Below are positions 1 to 8,319 of a stretch of 39,823 nucleotides of DNA, one piece after another (position 1 is the stretch's first letter; each line of letters starts with the position of its first letter). The stretch is taken from the IMG/VR virus record IMGVR_UViG_3300024996_000021, positions 1 to 39,823 of that record, one strand, 5' to 3'. Origin of the DNA: a virus (Duplodnaviria > Caudoviricetes). Below the pieces are notes generated by a model. The model made no database searches. It had not been told where the DNA came from and saw nothing but the letters and a program-made list of their open reading frames with translations. The translations under genes were made by a program, and so were the position numbers.

Positions 1-136
1 CGAAAGGATACATGGTTCACGGCATAAAGAGGAGGTCTTCTCTTATCAATACCCACAGAATAGATCATCTTTATGTTGACCCGCATAACAATCATATAAA
101 TTTTAAACTTCATTACGGTGACCTGATAAGGGGGGT

Positions 137-152
137 AAAACGAAACGTCCAC
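137..152 (+). repeat. Left-end transposase-binding site L1 (AAAACGAAACGTCCAC)
   Basis: 15-bp identity to reverse complement of the right-end site 39650-39664. Confidence 0.85.
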
Positions 153-236
153 TTTCAGAGAAAAGAATTTAAATAAAAAAAGTGCGAAAAATGCACGATT
201 GACGCGGGTTGTAGCTGAATGGGAGATAAAAGCGGA

Positions 237-259
237 CGACAAAACGAAATGTCCATTTT
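237..259 (+). repeat. Left-end transposase-binding site L2 (CGACAAAACGAAATGTCCATTTT)
   Basis: CGACAAAACGAAATGT is identical to the reverse complement of 39675-39690. Confidence 0.85.
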
Positions 260-365
260 GGTTAATTCTATGACTATAACGGGGACGATTTGGGCGGCGT
301 TTGGGTAATGATAGTTAATATTAGCTGAAATATAGTACAAATAAGCGTTATAACGAATTTAAACG

Positions 366-386
366 GGCCTTAAAAGGCCTTTTTTT
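366..386 (+). terminator. Possible intrinsic terminator insulating the left end
   Basis: GGCCTT-AA-AAGGCC followed by T7. Confidence 0.4.
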
Positions 387-422
387 ATGCCATAATGCCG
401 ATGGCGGGAAAATGATGAAAAT

Positions 423-437
423 AAACGAAATGTCCAA
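423..437 (+). repeat. Left-end transposase-binding site L3 (AAACGAAATGTCCAA)
   Basis: Third copy of the end motif. Confidence 0.75.
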
Positions 438-439
438 TA

Positions 440-474
440 AGGTGGTCACTTAGGTGGTCAAAACATGGTCAAAA
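440..474 (+). repeat. Short direct repeats AGGTGGTCA x2 plus TGGTCA
   Basis: Seen directly, next to L3; function unknown. Confidence 0.6.
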
Positions 475-649
475 TTAGTGCTATAAGTCACCCTTTAATG
501 CCGTTTAGATACCGATAAACCCCCATTTTTGGGCGATACACCCCCCTTTATTCCACACAGCAACCTAAAAAAACATAGCAAAATCAATGGTTTCAAGGGA
601 TTGGTGAACAAAAGTGGCGTGTGTTTTTTTTACATTTGGATAAAAAACT

Positions 650-663
650 GAGACATTTCGTTA
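650..663 (-). repeat. Degenerate inverted copy of the end motif (TAACGAAATGTCTC)
   Basis: Core AACGAAATGTC on the minus strand, overlapping the repressor stop codon. Confidence 0.5.
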
Positions 664-1029
664 CTTATTGGGTTCTAATTTGCCCGATGCGGGCCGAGTA
701 ACAGGATGTCTATTACTTTTATAGTCTTTCAGCTTGGAATTTTCTTTTTGTAGTTTAATTATTTCTCTTTGTAGTTCGATAATTTCTTTGGCGTTGTATG
801 GCTCGTTTGGTTCATTCAGAAGGTAGCTTGTTTCTTCTCCGGTAATTAAAAACGTTAGGCTTACGTCTAAAAATTTAGACAATTTTAAAAGAATTGTTTC
901 GCCAATATCACTATTTCGCTTCTTTGCAGATTTGAAGTAACCGTTTGCTAAGCCTATTGACTGCTCTACATTTGAAGGTTTTAAGTTTCTATCTTCGAGT
1001 ATCTTGAATACGCGGTCAATTGCCTTCAT
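661..1029 (-). CDS. Prophage repressor (XRE/CI-like HTH, C-terminal coiled coil)
   Basis: HTH-like N-terminus (VEQSIGLANGYF...LDVSLTFLITGE); divergent from the early operon, as Mu c is; ATG at 1029 preferred over TTG at 1038. Confidence 0.85.
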   Translation of the reverse strand: MKAIDRVFKILEDRNLKPSNVEQSIGLANGYFKSAKKRNSDIGETILLKLSKFLDVSLTFLITGEETSYLLNEPNEPYNAKEIIELQREIIKLQKENSKLKDYKSNRHPVTRPASGKLEPNK

Positions 1030-1040
1030 GTTTTCCAAAA

Positions 1041-1100
1041 TTTACAATAGTCTAAAAAAATATTTGTTTGTTTAGACTTTAGTCTATAATATTGCATTTG
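1041..1100. promoter_or_regulatory. Lysis/lysogeny switch: operator palindrome TAGACT-TT-AGTCTA (1073-1086), degenerate copy 1041-1054, early promoter-like TTTG...TGCATTTG
   Basis: Perfect inverted repeat between divergent regulators; variant Bacteroidota -7 box at 1093-1100. Confidence 0.6.
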
Positions 1101-1114
1101 TAAAATACGCAAAT

Positions 1115-1315
1115 GTGAATAGAAATAGTAAAAGTAGAAAAAAATATGACTCTGCAAAGGCTTTGGTCGTAAAACAATTAGCGAGTTCATTAAAAATATC
1201 TGAAAGTTATGTGCGTATGGCACTTAATGACACGGTTAAAAACGAGACCGCAGATACTATTCGGAAAGAGTTTAACCGGCTGTATAGAGAAATTTCAAAT
1301 CTTCTTAATAAATGA
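1115..1315 (+). CDS. Ner/Cro-like small HTH regulator
   Basis: 66 aa basic protein, HTH-like LASSLKISESYVRMAL, first gene of the early operon. Confidence 0.75.
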   Translation: MNRNSKSRKKYDSAKALVVKQLASSLKISESYVRMALNDTVKNETADTIRKEFNRLYREISNLLNK

Positions 1316-3309
1316 TTGTAGAATACCAAAACAGGCTGGCTGTTCCTGCAAATCTTCTTTATGATGATTTGGGGCTGGTGGCTTACGAAGATTATCAAAC
1401 ATTAGTGAGACGTCATAAAATAACAAGGTTGCGCGAAGGAAAGGGAAAAGGCAACCATGCATTGATAGCCCTTGATAGCCTTAAACCGGAATGGAGAACT
1501 AGGATAATTTCTATGTTCCCAAATCCACAAAAAATAGCGGAAACAAACGCATTCAGTGACTTTATCACCGAAGATACCGATGCGATTAAATTCTTTGAGG
1601 ATGTGCGCAAGATTCAGACGCGCATGACGGCTAACCACGTAACCAGGCACAGCAACGAAGCTGCCATCCTAAACGGATTCAAAAAGAAATATGAAGGCAT
1701 ATTGAAACACAGCAGTCGCGGAGCCTCTACGCGTGGGTTTTGGAAAAAAGCAGTAGGTGTATTGGACGGGCTACAACACAACTGGCCACACAAATTGCCC
1801 AAAACAGAAAAGCACCTGAAAGAGAAATACGAACGATATGTAGAGCATGGGTACCGGACGCTGCTGAAAGGATGGGACAACCAAAATAGCCGTGTGGTGA
1901 ATGCCGAAATTGAACAATTGCTTAACTCCATCTATTGCCAATACTTCAAACCAAACCATGTGCAGGTGTTGAAAGATTACCTGGAATTCCTTGCCGGCAA
2001 AAAGGACATTGTAAACAAAATCACCGGCGAACTATACGACCGCACAGCTTACGAGCCGGTGAGTGAAAGCACAGTTAGGAATTACCTCACCAAATGGGAG
2101 AACCAGGTGGTTACCCATAGCCGCCGGAGCAATAACCGGATTCAGTTTGGCGCCAAACATAGAGCATACGCTTCCTTAACGGTGGAACATTCAGGCGCCA
2201 TATTATCATTGGATGATAGAGACCTGCCCTGGAAGATGCACAATGGTAAGCGGCCAATTGCTTACATCGCTGCTGATGTGGCAAGTGAATGCTTTATCGG
2301 ATGGGCGTTTTCAAAACCGGCCCAGAGAGAAAATGACACGGTACATGGCAAGAATTTAAACCTCGTTTACAGGATGTTTCAAAACCTCTTTCAGCAGCTT
2401 GATTACTACGGCGTGAATATGCCTGCAGAGTGCGAAGTGGAAAACCACCTGATGAGCAGCCTGAAAGAAACTGCGCTCAAAGAAGGCAACCTATTCCGCT
2501 ATGTGCGCTTTGCGGCAGCAGAAAATCCACAGGAAAAGAAAATAGAAGGGATGTTCCGGCGGCTGCGCTACGACTTTGACAAGCTGCAAAACAACGGACT
2601 CGGATGGCTGCCCCGCCCACACGCGCGGGATGAGGCTAACCAGGCGCGCCTGGAAGATGCAGAGAAGCACACTTATGACTTTGAACAGATCTGCGCAATG
2701 GCAGTGGACAGCATGATGCAGTGGAATGCCGCCCCTCACCCGAACCAAAAGAAATATCCTGGCAAAAGCAGGCTGGAAGTATGGCAGGATAACCAGCACC
2801 CACAACTATTGCCGATAGAATGGCGCAATGTGGCGCGGTATGTTGGCAATAAGACGGAGACCTCTGTTAATCGCTATGAACTGCGCTGCAATAACCAACT
2901 ATGGAAGCTGCCCACTCCGGAACTGGCGAATAAAACCGGCAACAATGGCCGTGCACTGGATGCCTGGTGGATAGAGAATGCAGAGGGCGATGTAAACCGC
3001 ATTTATTTATACGAAAAAGACAGTGAAACATTCCTATGTGAGGCACTACCAAAGGAAATCGCACACAAGGCCCGCATCGAACAAACCGAACAGGATGGTA
3101 AAGTGCTGGGCCGCAACTATCGCTACAACAAAGGCATAGAGGAACACATCAGGGAAGGAAAGGAAGCACTGGCGCCGGTGGCTGTTATCAGTGCGGCTAA
3201 TGAACTTCCGGAAGACCACACCGTGGAGATTATAAAAGATGAACCCGACGAAATTGATTATTTCAAAATAGAAGGCAGTGAGCCGCGCTCTCTGCTTGAT
3301 GAATTATAA
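1312..3309 (+). CDS. MuA-like DDE transposase
   Basis: 665 aa; integrase-core motifs SLDDRD, IAADVASECFIGW, NPQEKKIE; directly upstream of an AAA ATPase. Confidence 0.92.
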   Translation: MIVEYQNRLAVPANLLYDDLGLVAYEDYQTLVRRHKITRLREGKGKGNHALIALDSLKPEWRTRIISMFPNPQKIAETNAFSDFITEDTDAIKFFEDVRKIQTRMTANHVTRHSNEAAILNGFKKKYEGILKHSSRGASTRGFWKKAVGVLDGLQHNWPHKLPKTEKHLKEKYERYVEHGYRTLLKGWDNQNSRVVNAEIEQLLNSIYCQYFKPNHVQVLKDYLEFLAGKKDIVNKITGELYDRTAYEPVSESTVRNYLTKWENQVVTHSRRSNNRIQFGAKHRAYASLTVEHSGAILSLDDRDLPWKMHNGKRPIAYIAADVASECFIGWAFSKPAQRENDTVHGKNLNLVYRMFQNLFQQLDYYGVNMPAECEVENHLMSSLKETALKEGNLFRYVRFAAAENPQEKKIEGMFRRLRYDFDKLQNNGLGWLPRPHARDEANQARLEDAEKHTYDFEQICAMAVDSMMQWNAAPHPNQKKYPGKSRLEVWQDNQHPQLLPIEWRNVARYVGNKTETSVNRYELRCNNQLWKLPTPELANKTGNNGRALDAWWIENAEGDVNRIYLYEKDSETFLCEALPKEIAHKARIEQTEQDGKVLGRNYRYNKGIEEHIREGKEALAPVAVISAANELPEDHTVEIIKDEPDEIDYFKIEGSEPRSLLDEL

Positions 3310-3335
3310 CAAATAACTAAAACACAAACCCGATT

Positions 3336-4235
3336 ATGATTACTACAGCATTTAAACAAAAGATTTTGGCCGCAATGCCTGCGCATCGCGACAATTTTCA
3401 AGGCACCGACGTAGCTTATGCAAAAACGCTTGGCATCAACAGCAGCATCTACAGCCGGCTGCACAAGGGAGATACCGAACAGGTGCTCTCTGACGCAAAG
3501 TGGCTGCATATAGGCAGATTATTTGACATCATGCCCGACGGCGAACAATGGAATACCGCGCGCACGGAGGTATATGCGAAAGTGGAAAACGACCTGCAAA
3601 ACTGTAAGAGGAATGGCGCAGCGCTGATAATGGTGGATGAATGTGGCATAGGCAAAACCTATTGTGCAAAGCATATCATCAGGCGTATGAAAAACAGCTT
3701 TTATCTGGATTGCAGCCAGGCGAAAACGAAACAGCAATTTATCAGATTATTTGCCAAAACCATTGGCGTAGATAACCGTGGAAGATACCAGGATGTGAAA
3801 GCCGATTTGAAATATGCGCTGCTATACATGGAGAAGCCATTGATAGTGCTGGACGAGGCCGGCGACTTGGATTATGCAGCATTTCTGGAACTAAAAGAAC
3901 TGTGGAATGCAACCGAAGGTACATGCGGATGGTATATGATGGGCGCTGACGGCTTACGCGCAAAAATAGAGAGAGGCATCAATTACCGGAAGGTGGGTTA
4001 CAGAGAAATATTTGACCGGTTCAACAACAAATACATGAAGGCTGTGCCGATGGGTGCCGAAAACAAAGAGGCCTTCTATGTGAAGCTGATCGGCGATGTA
4101 TTAGTGGCCAACCTTCCGGCATCGGAGCAAAAGAAATTGACAGTATATGTAAAAAAGATACTGGCGACCGACGGCGGAGAGCACGGTACGCTGAGGCGGG
4201 CAAAGACAATTGTAAAATTATTAAAAGCCGCATGA
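3336..4235 (+). CDS. MuB-like AAA+ transposition ATPase
   Basis: Walker A variant DECGIGKT, Walker B LIVLDEAG, N-terminal HTH. Confidence 0.9.
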   Translation: MITTAFKQKILAAMPAHRDNFQGTDVAYAKTLGINSSIYSRLHKGDTEQVLSDAKWLHIGRLFDIMPDGEQWNTARTEVYAKVENDLQNCKRNGAALIMVDECGIGKTYCAKHIIRRMKNSFYLDCSQAKTKQQFIRLFAKTIGVDNRGRYQDVKADLKYALLYMEKPLIVLDEAGDLDYAAFLELKELWNATEGTCGWYMMGADGLRAKIERGINYRKVGYREIFDRFNNKYMKAVPMGAENKEAFYVKLIGDVLVANLPASEQKKLTVYVKKILATDGGEHGTLRRAKTIVKLLKAA

Positions 4236-4261
4236 ATAACCCTACAACCACATGAAATTAA

Positions 4262-4885
4262 ATGCTACCAAGAGCCTTAACCCCTGCGAATATTATAAAT
4301 AAAAAGAGAATGGTACTTGACTTTAAAAATGAATGGTTTGCTGCCTTTGGCCGTGTAGAGAGCAACAGCCGCATGCTCGTATGGGGTGGCAGCGGGCAGG
4401 GTAAGAGCCGGTTTGTACTGCAACTGGCAAAGTACTTAAGCAACTTTTGTCGGGTAGCATACAACAGCCTGGAGATGGGCGATAGTCTGGCGCTGGGCGA
4501 TGCCCTGGTAGCCGAAGGGATAGATAAGAACATCATCATCCTGAATAGAGAAACCATAGAACAAGTAACCGCACGGATGAAGAAGCGCAAAAGCCCGGAT
4601 GTTTTGATTGTGGATTCTCTGCAATACTTCCGGCATAATGACGGTAACGGGATGAATTATAAGAACTACATCAAATTTAGCCATAGCCTGGCTGATAAGA
4701 TGCTCATTTTCGTAAGCCATGCAGATCATAAGGAGCCAGCCGGACGGGTAGCCAAAAGCGTGCGCTACGATGTTGACGTGAAGATCATGGTGCAGGGGTT
4801 TAAAGCCTTTGTAACCAGCCGTTACGGTGGCGGGGCGCCGATAACCATTTGGGAGGAAGGGGCAAAGGAATATTGGGGTATTTAA
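4262..4885 (+). CDS. Second P-loop ATPase (RecA/Sms-like fold)
   Basis: Walker A GGSGQGKS, Walker B VLIVDSLQ. Confidence 0.85.
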   Translation: MLPRALTPANIINKKRMVLDFKNEWFAAFGRVESNSRMLVWGGSGQGKSRFVLQLAKYLSNFCRVAYNSLEMGDSLALGDALVAEGIDKNIIILNRETIEQVTARMKKRKSPDVLIVDSLQYFRHNDGNGMNYKNYIKFSHSLADKMLIFVSHADHKEPAGRVAKSVRYDVDVKIMVQGFKAFVTSRYGGGAPITIWEEGAKEYWGI

Positions 4886-4936
4886 ACACAATTCCGGCAG
4901 GGCCGGCTTTTAAGTATGAATTAAAAATTATGAATT

Positions 4937-5065
4937 ATGAAAAAATATTTCAAACAAAATATTAACAAGATTGTTTGCACCACAATCCTTCTCATCGCGG
5001 CTGCTTTTGTTTTAGTAGCGAACATCGCATTATGGCAATTTGTTTTAAATCATTTAAAAAAATAA
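4937..5065 (+). CDS. Small single-TM membrane protein (42 aa)
   Basis: Own translation: MKKYFKQNINKIVCTTILLIAAAFVLVANIALWQFVLNHLKK; stop lies 2 nt before the next ATG. Confidence 0.65.
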   Translation: MKKYFKQNINKIVCTTILLIAAAFVLVANIALWQFVLNHLKK

Positions 5066-5067
5066 AC

Positions 5068-5517
5068 ATGAAACGCTACATTACCTTACTACTTATCTTT
5101 TTCATCGGCCGCGTGCAATCCAACGCACAGGCTTATATGCAAATAGGCGCAGGGTACAGCACACTCAATCATCCTACGGCTGAACTGGCGGCAGGGTACA
5201 ATGCCGGGCCGGTATTCGTGCAGGGCGGGTACCTGGCGCATGTGAGCAGAGATGTGGAGGCAGGCGCTAGTATCAATGGAAGGTTGGGCAGTCGGGTGAT
5301 CCGCCGCGGCGGAGGGACGGATGGAACGTGGATGGTGGAGCCTTCGGTAGGGTATGCGTACACGCTGAGGAGTACTGATAAGAAGTGCCTGAATACATCC
5401 GGTATTATCGGCAGCTTATATGTAGGCAAGGAGATCAACCAGGGAGTGCTACTGCTTGGCGGTAATTACACAGAAAAAACATTCATCATCAGCCTGGCCA
5501 TCAGGTACAACTTTTAA
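5068..5517 (+). CDS. Small outer-membrane beta-barrel-like protein
   Basis: Signal peptide MKRYITLLLIFFIGRVQSNA|Q, amphipathic Gly/aromatic strands, C-terminal YNF. Confidence 0.7.
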   Translation: MKRYITLLLIFFIGRVQSNAQAYMQIGAGYSTLNHPTAELAAGYNAGPVFVQGGYLAHVSRDVEAGASINGRLGSRVIRRGGGTDGTWMVEPSVGYAYTLRSTDKKCLNTSGIIGSLYVGKEINQGVLLLGGNYTEKTFIISLAIRYNF

Positions 5518-5520
5518 GAG

Positions 5521-5625
5521 ATGAAACTAAGAGCAATCGTTTACTCAATCATATTCATCATCGGCGCATCACTCTTCTTTTTGTCATGCAACATGATTTT
5601 CAAACTCATAAACTATCTGAAATGA
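5521..5625 (+). CDS. Small hydrophobic protein (34 aa)
   Basis: MKLRAIVYSIIFIIGASLFFLSCNMIFKLINYLK; ATGA overlap with the next gene. Confidence 0.6.
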   Translation: MKLRAIVYSIIFIIGASLFFLSCNMIFKLINYLK

Positions 5626-6020
5626 ACAGCTACACGCAACACATCAAACAACGGCAGCAGACGGCCAAGCAACAGGTGATACAACTGCTGGGATGGGACG
5701 AACTGCGCTATGCAGAAATGCAGTATCGTACCGGGCGGCAATACCTGCAATCGTATATACCGAATGATCCAGAAGGAATAGACGCCCTGGAAAGGAGCCG
5801 CATATTCTGGGCCTGGTGGAAGAACCAGTGGCTGATCAGGGACACGGCCTTTCTGAATACAGATATAGCGAAGGTGAGCCGCCTATCGGCTAAGCGAATC
5901 TACGAGTACATGCATAATGCAGAAGCACTGGCGCACAGCATATACCCGAATGGTACTGTACTGGACGAAAGCTATGCACTGATGATTGACAATTTTAATA
6001 AGGAGGTGGTAAATGGATAA
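5622..6020 (+). CDS. Hypothetical phage early protein
   Basis: Translationally coupled on both sides; FWAWWKNQW motif. Confidence 0.8.
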   Translation: MNSYTQHIKQRQQTAKQQVIQLLGWDELRYAEMQYRTGRQYLQSYIPNDPEGIDALERSRIFWAWWKNQWLIRDTAFLNTDIAKVSRLSAKRIYEYMHNAEALAHSIYPNGTVLDESYALMIDNFNKEVVNG

Positions 6021-6441
6021 AATATCGGTTGTTGAACAGATTATCAATTATGCAAATGAGCAGTTGTCTGCAATCGGCCTCAAAGAATATGAAATAAAGA
6101 TTTTCAAGAGGAAACATCTATCGAGCCTGCTGAGTTTAAAAACTGATATTTTAATGAAAATTGTTTGTGACGAATTTGACGTTTCGCATGAACAAATCGT
6201 CGGGAAGAAGCGCGACGCAGATATAATCGATGCTCGATTCATGTTTTGCTATCTCGCAACTGAAATAGTGAATATGACGCGCGTCGCAGTGGGGCGAATT
6301 ATTAACAGACATCACACGACTATTATAAATGCAATTAGAACGTGTCAACATAGATGCGAGCACGAAACAGCTATGCGAAATCATTTGTATTACATCAAAA
6401 AAAGATATTATGAATATTATGAAAATTGTACTGAAGCTTAA
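6013..6441 (+). CDS. DnaA C-terminal-like HTH DNA-binding protein
   Basis: IVGKKRDADIIDARFMFCYL...VGRIINRHHTTIINA resembles DnaA domain IV. Confidence 0.8.
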   Translation: MDKISVVEQIINYANEQLSAIGLKEYEIKIFKRKHLSSLLSLKTDILMKIVCDEFDVSHEQIVGKKRDADIIDARFMFCYLATEIVNMTRVAVGRIINRHHTTIINAIRTCQHRCEHETAMRNHLYYIKKRYYEYYENCTEA

Positions 6442-6742
6442 GCCTGACGAATTGCGCGCGCTGGTAATGGCATTTGAACGCACTCTAAAAAACGAAGGCG
6501 AAATCGGCAACCGTATGGATGCGATCATTGAGGTGATGATGCTGAAATTCTACAAAAAACTAAAAGAGAAATCAATCTTGATGGACAAGCCAACGAGGCT
6601 GAGTGTGCCTGTTGAATACGCCATCGCCTTTTGCGAATACTGGGAGCAAATACCTTTTGACACGACGGAATTTGTTGGGCACGTGCTTCTGAAAACATTG
6701 AATCATTTCAACCAACAAACCGCGCGATTTTATTATTATTAA
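6419..6742 (+). CDS. Hypothetical protein
   Basis: ORF within the operon; start at 6410 or 6419. Confidence 0.7.
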   Translation: MKIVLKLKPDELRALVMAFERTLKNEGEIGNRMDAIIEVMMLKFYKKLKEKSILMDKPTRLSVPVEYAIAFCEYWEQIPFDTTEFVGHVLLKTLNHFNQQTARFYYY

Positions 6743-6753
6743 AAAAATAAATT

Positions 6754-6945
6754 ATGAACGACAAACAACACATTTTTGACTGGATACTTAGAATTCTGAC
6801 ATCGTGCAATAACACGTTTCAGATAGAGTGTGCAAAGGTGATGATCGATCTCTTTGAATGCAGGTTCAAAGATGATTATCTCACCACCGAATTGCGCCTC
6901 AGATATACACAGCAATACAATTCAATTCATTCAATTTTAAATTAA
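6754..6945 (+). CDS. Hypothetical protein
   Basis: 63 aa ORF with AT-rich start context. Confidence 0.7.
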   Translation: MNDKQHIFDWILRILTSCNNTFQIECAKVMIDLFECRFKDDYLTTELRLRYTQQYNSIHSILN

Positions 6946-6949
6946 ACAC

Positions 6950-7585
6950 ATGAAACCTACTTTTCAAAAATCATCAACCTGGACAGACGAAAGCGGCATT
7001 GAAATTCCGGTGAACAGAATTTCAAAAGCTGAAAATCTCCGGGAAAGATTAAGTGAAAAAGTGCTCAAAGCTGCCATGAAAGTTAATGAGCAACTTTATA
7101 ACCTGAAAGCAATCATCAGCAATGCAAACGACGCTGTGATGCGCGAAATAGCAAAAGAAAACAGGCATTTAGAAAAGGCGACCCGCTGGGGCAAGGGTAA
7201 TCACACCTGGTACAACTTTGATCGCAGTGTGAAGATTGAAGTAAACATCAATGAGATGATACGATTTGATGAAGCGAAGATCAGCGCGGCACGCGAACTC
7301 TTTGATAACTTCATTGATCGCAATGTAACCGGCACGGATGACATAGTAAGGCAACTGATCAATTCCGCTTTCAGCAACACAAAAGGCGGCTTGGATAGCA
7401 AGAAAGTATTATCGCTGCTTAAATATCGCACACGGATCAAAGACAAATCGTTTCATGCAGCGTTGGATTTGATTGAACAAAGCATCAGCCGGCCAGACAG
7501 CAAGAAGTATTACCGCGTGTGGGTGAAGAATGAAGAAGGACAATATGAGAATATTGATTTAAACTTCAGCAGCATAAGCAGTTAG
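6950..7585 (+). CDS. DUF3164-family protein of transposable phages
   Basis: GKGNHTWYNFD, LDSKKVLSL, SKKYYRVW and IDLNFSSI motifs. Confidence 0.8.
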   Translation: MKPTFQKSSTWTDESGIEIPVNRISKAENLRERLSEKVLKAAMKVNEQLYNLKAIISNANDAVMREIAKENRHLEKATRWGKGNHTWYNFDRSVKIEVNINEMIRFDEAKISAARELFDNFIDRNVTGTDDIVRQLINSAFSNTKGGLDSKKVLSLLKYRTRIKDKSFHAALDLIEQSISRPDSKKYYRVWVKNEEGQYENIDLNFSSISS

Positions 7586-7606
7586 TTTTAGTTTAATGAT
7601 GACAAA

Positions 7607-7634
7607 AAAACGGGGCGTTTCTACGTCCTGTTTT
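7607..7634. terminator. Hairpin with TTCT loop (copy 1)
   Basis: AAAACGGGGCGT-TTCT-ACGTCCTGTTTT. Confidence 0.6.
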
Positions 7635-7642
7635 ATAAAAAA

Positions 7643-7742
7643 AAGATTAGCCACGAATGCACGAATAAAAAAGGAAGAAGATTAGCCACGAATGCACGAA
7701 TAAAAAAGGAAGAAGATTAACCACGAATGCACGAATAAAAAA
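7643..7742 (+). repeat. Tandem repeat, 35-bp unit x ~2.9
   Basis: CCACGAATGCACGAATAAAAAA starts at 7651, 7686 and 7721. Confidence 0.95.
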
Positions 7743-7750
7743 TTCAAATT

Positions 7751-8155
7751 ATGAATGCGGTTCAAAATAAGATAATGCATGCATTACTCAGCCAGACAGG
7801 TTTGATGAATCAAAAATCAAACCTGATCATTGGCGCGACTGGTGGGCGCTCGGAGAGCAGCAAGGATATGACGTTTGATGAGGCGCGGGACCTTATAACC
7901 TGGCTGCGAAGTTTGCCAAATCATGAGGCAGAAGGCGCAAATCGCATGAGGCGCAGCATCATCAGCATGGCGCATGAAATGGGCTGGCACACGCTGATAG
8001 AAGGTCATTGGGTAGCCGACCTGACGCGCATTAATGCATGGATGTTAAAAAGCAGTTACCTGCATAAGAGGCTCAATGCATATAAATATAAAGAGCTGCC
8101 GAAGCTGATTACGCAATTTGAATTTGTATATAAATCATTTTTAAAAAAGATTTAA
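7751..8155 (+). CDS. GemA/DUF1018-like phage protein
   Basis: GRSESSKDMTFDEARDLI, LNAYKYKELPKLITQF; typical position in the Mu-like early region. Confidence 0.6.
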   Translation: MNAVQNKIMHALLSQTGLMNQKSNLIIGATGGRSESSKDMTFDEARDLITWLRSLPNHEAEGANRMRRSIISMAHEMGWHTLIEGHWVADLTRINAWMLKSSYLHKRLNAYKYKELPKLITQFEFVYKSFLKKI

Positions 8156-8157
8156 AA

Positions 8158-8185
8158 GTGAAGAAGAAAATTTACATAGCAGGAA
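8158..8185 (+). pseudogene. Gene start (VKKKIYIAG) interrupted by the cassette array
   Basis: GTG 2 nt after the previous stop; resembles the DUF4406-like N-terminus KIYIAG; runs directly into attC-like site 1. Confidence 0.45.
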
Positions 8186-8319
8186 CGTTCTGCCCGCTTG
8201 GCGAAGGCGGGGAAATAGAATTACAAAAGTTGAATAAAAGTACAAATGAAGAATAGAATTACAAATGCCGATTTACTTCCGTCAGCCCCGCTTGCGCCAA
8301 ACGGCTTGTTATCTCCTGC
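8179..8319. repeat. attC-like site 1
   Basis: GCAGGAAC..GCCCGCTTGGCGAAGGCGGGG / CCCCGCTTGCGCCAAACGGCTTGTTATCTCCTGC. Confidence 0.65.

Noticed and set aside
155-340. 61-aa minus-strand ORF in the left end
   Set aside because: Overlaps a transposase-binding site and has no recognisable protein features.
1402-4891. Many minus-strand ORFs within the transposase and ATPase genes
   Set aside because: Antisense shadows without motifs; the same applies to similar short ORFs throughout the late genes.
4894-4911. CCGGC-AGG-GCCGG hairpin as a terminator
   Set aside because: Only a 5-bp stem and short T-tract; too weak to call.
7643-7742. Possible mini CRISPR array
   Set aside because: Units are head-to-tail with identical intervening sequence; no unique spacers and no cas genes.
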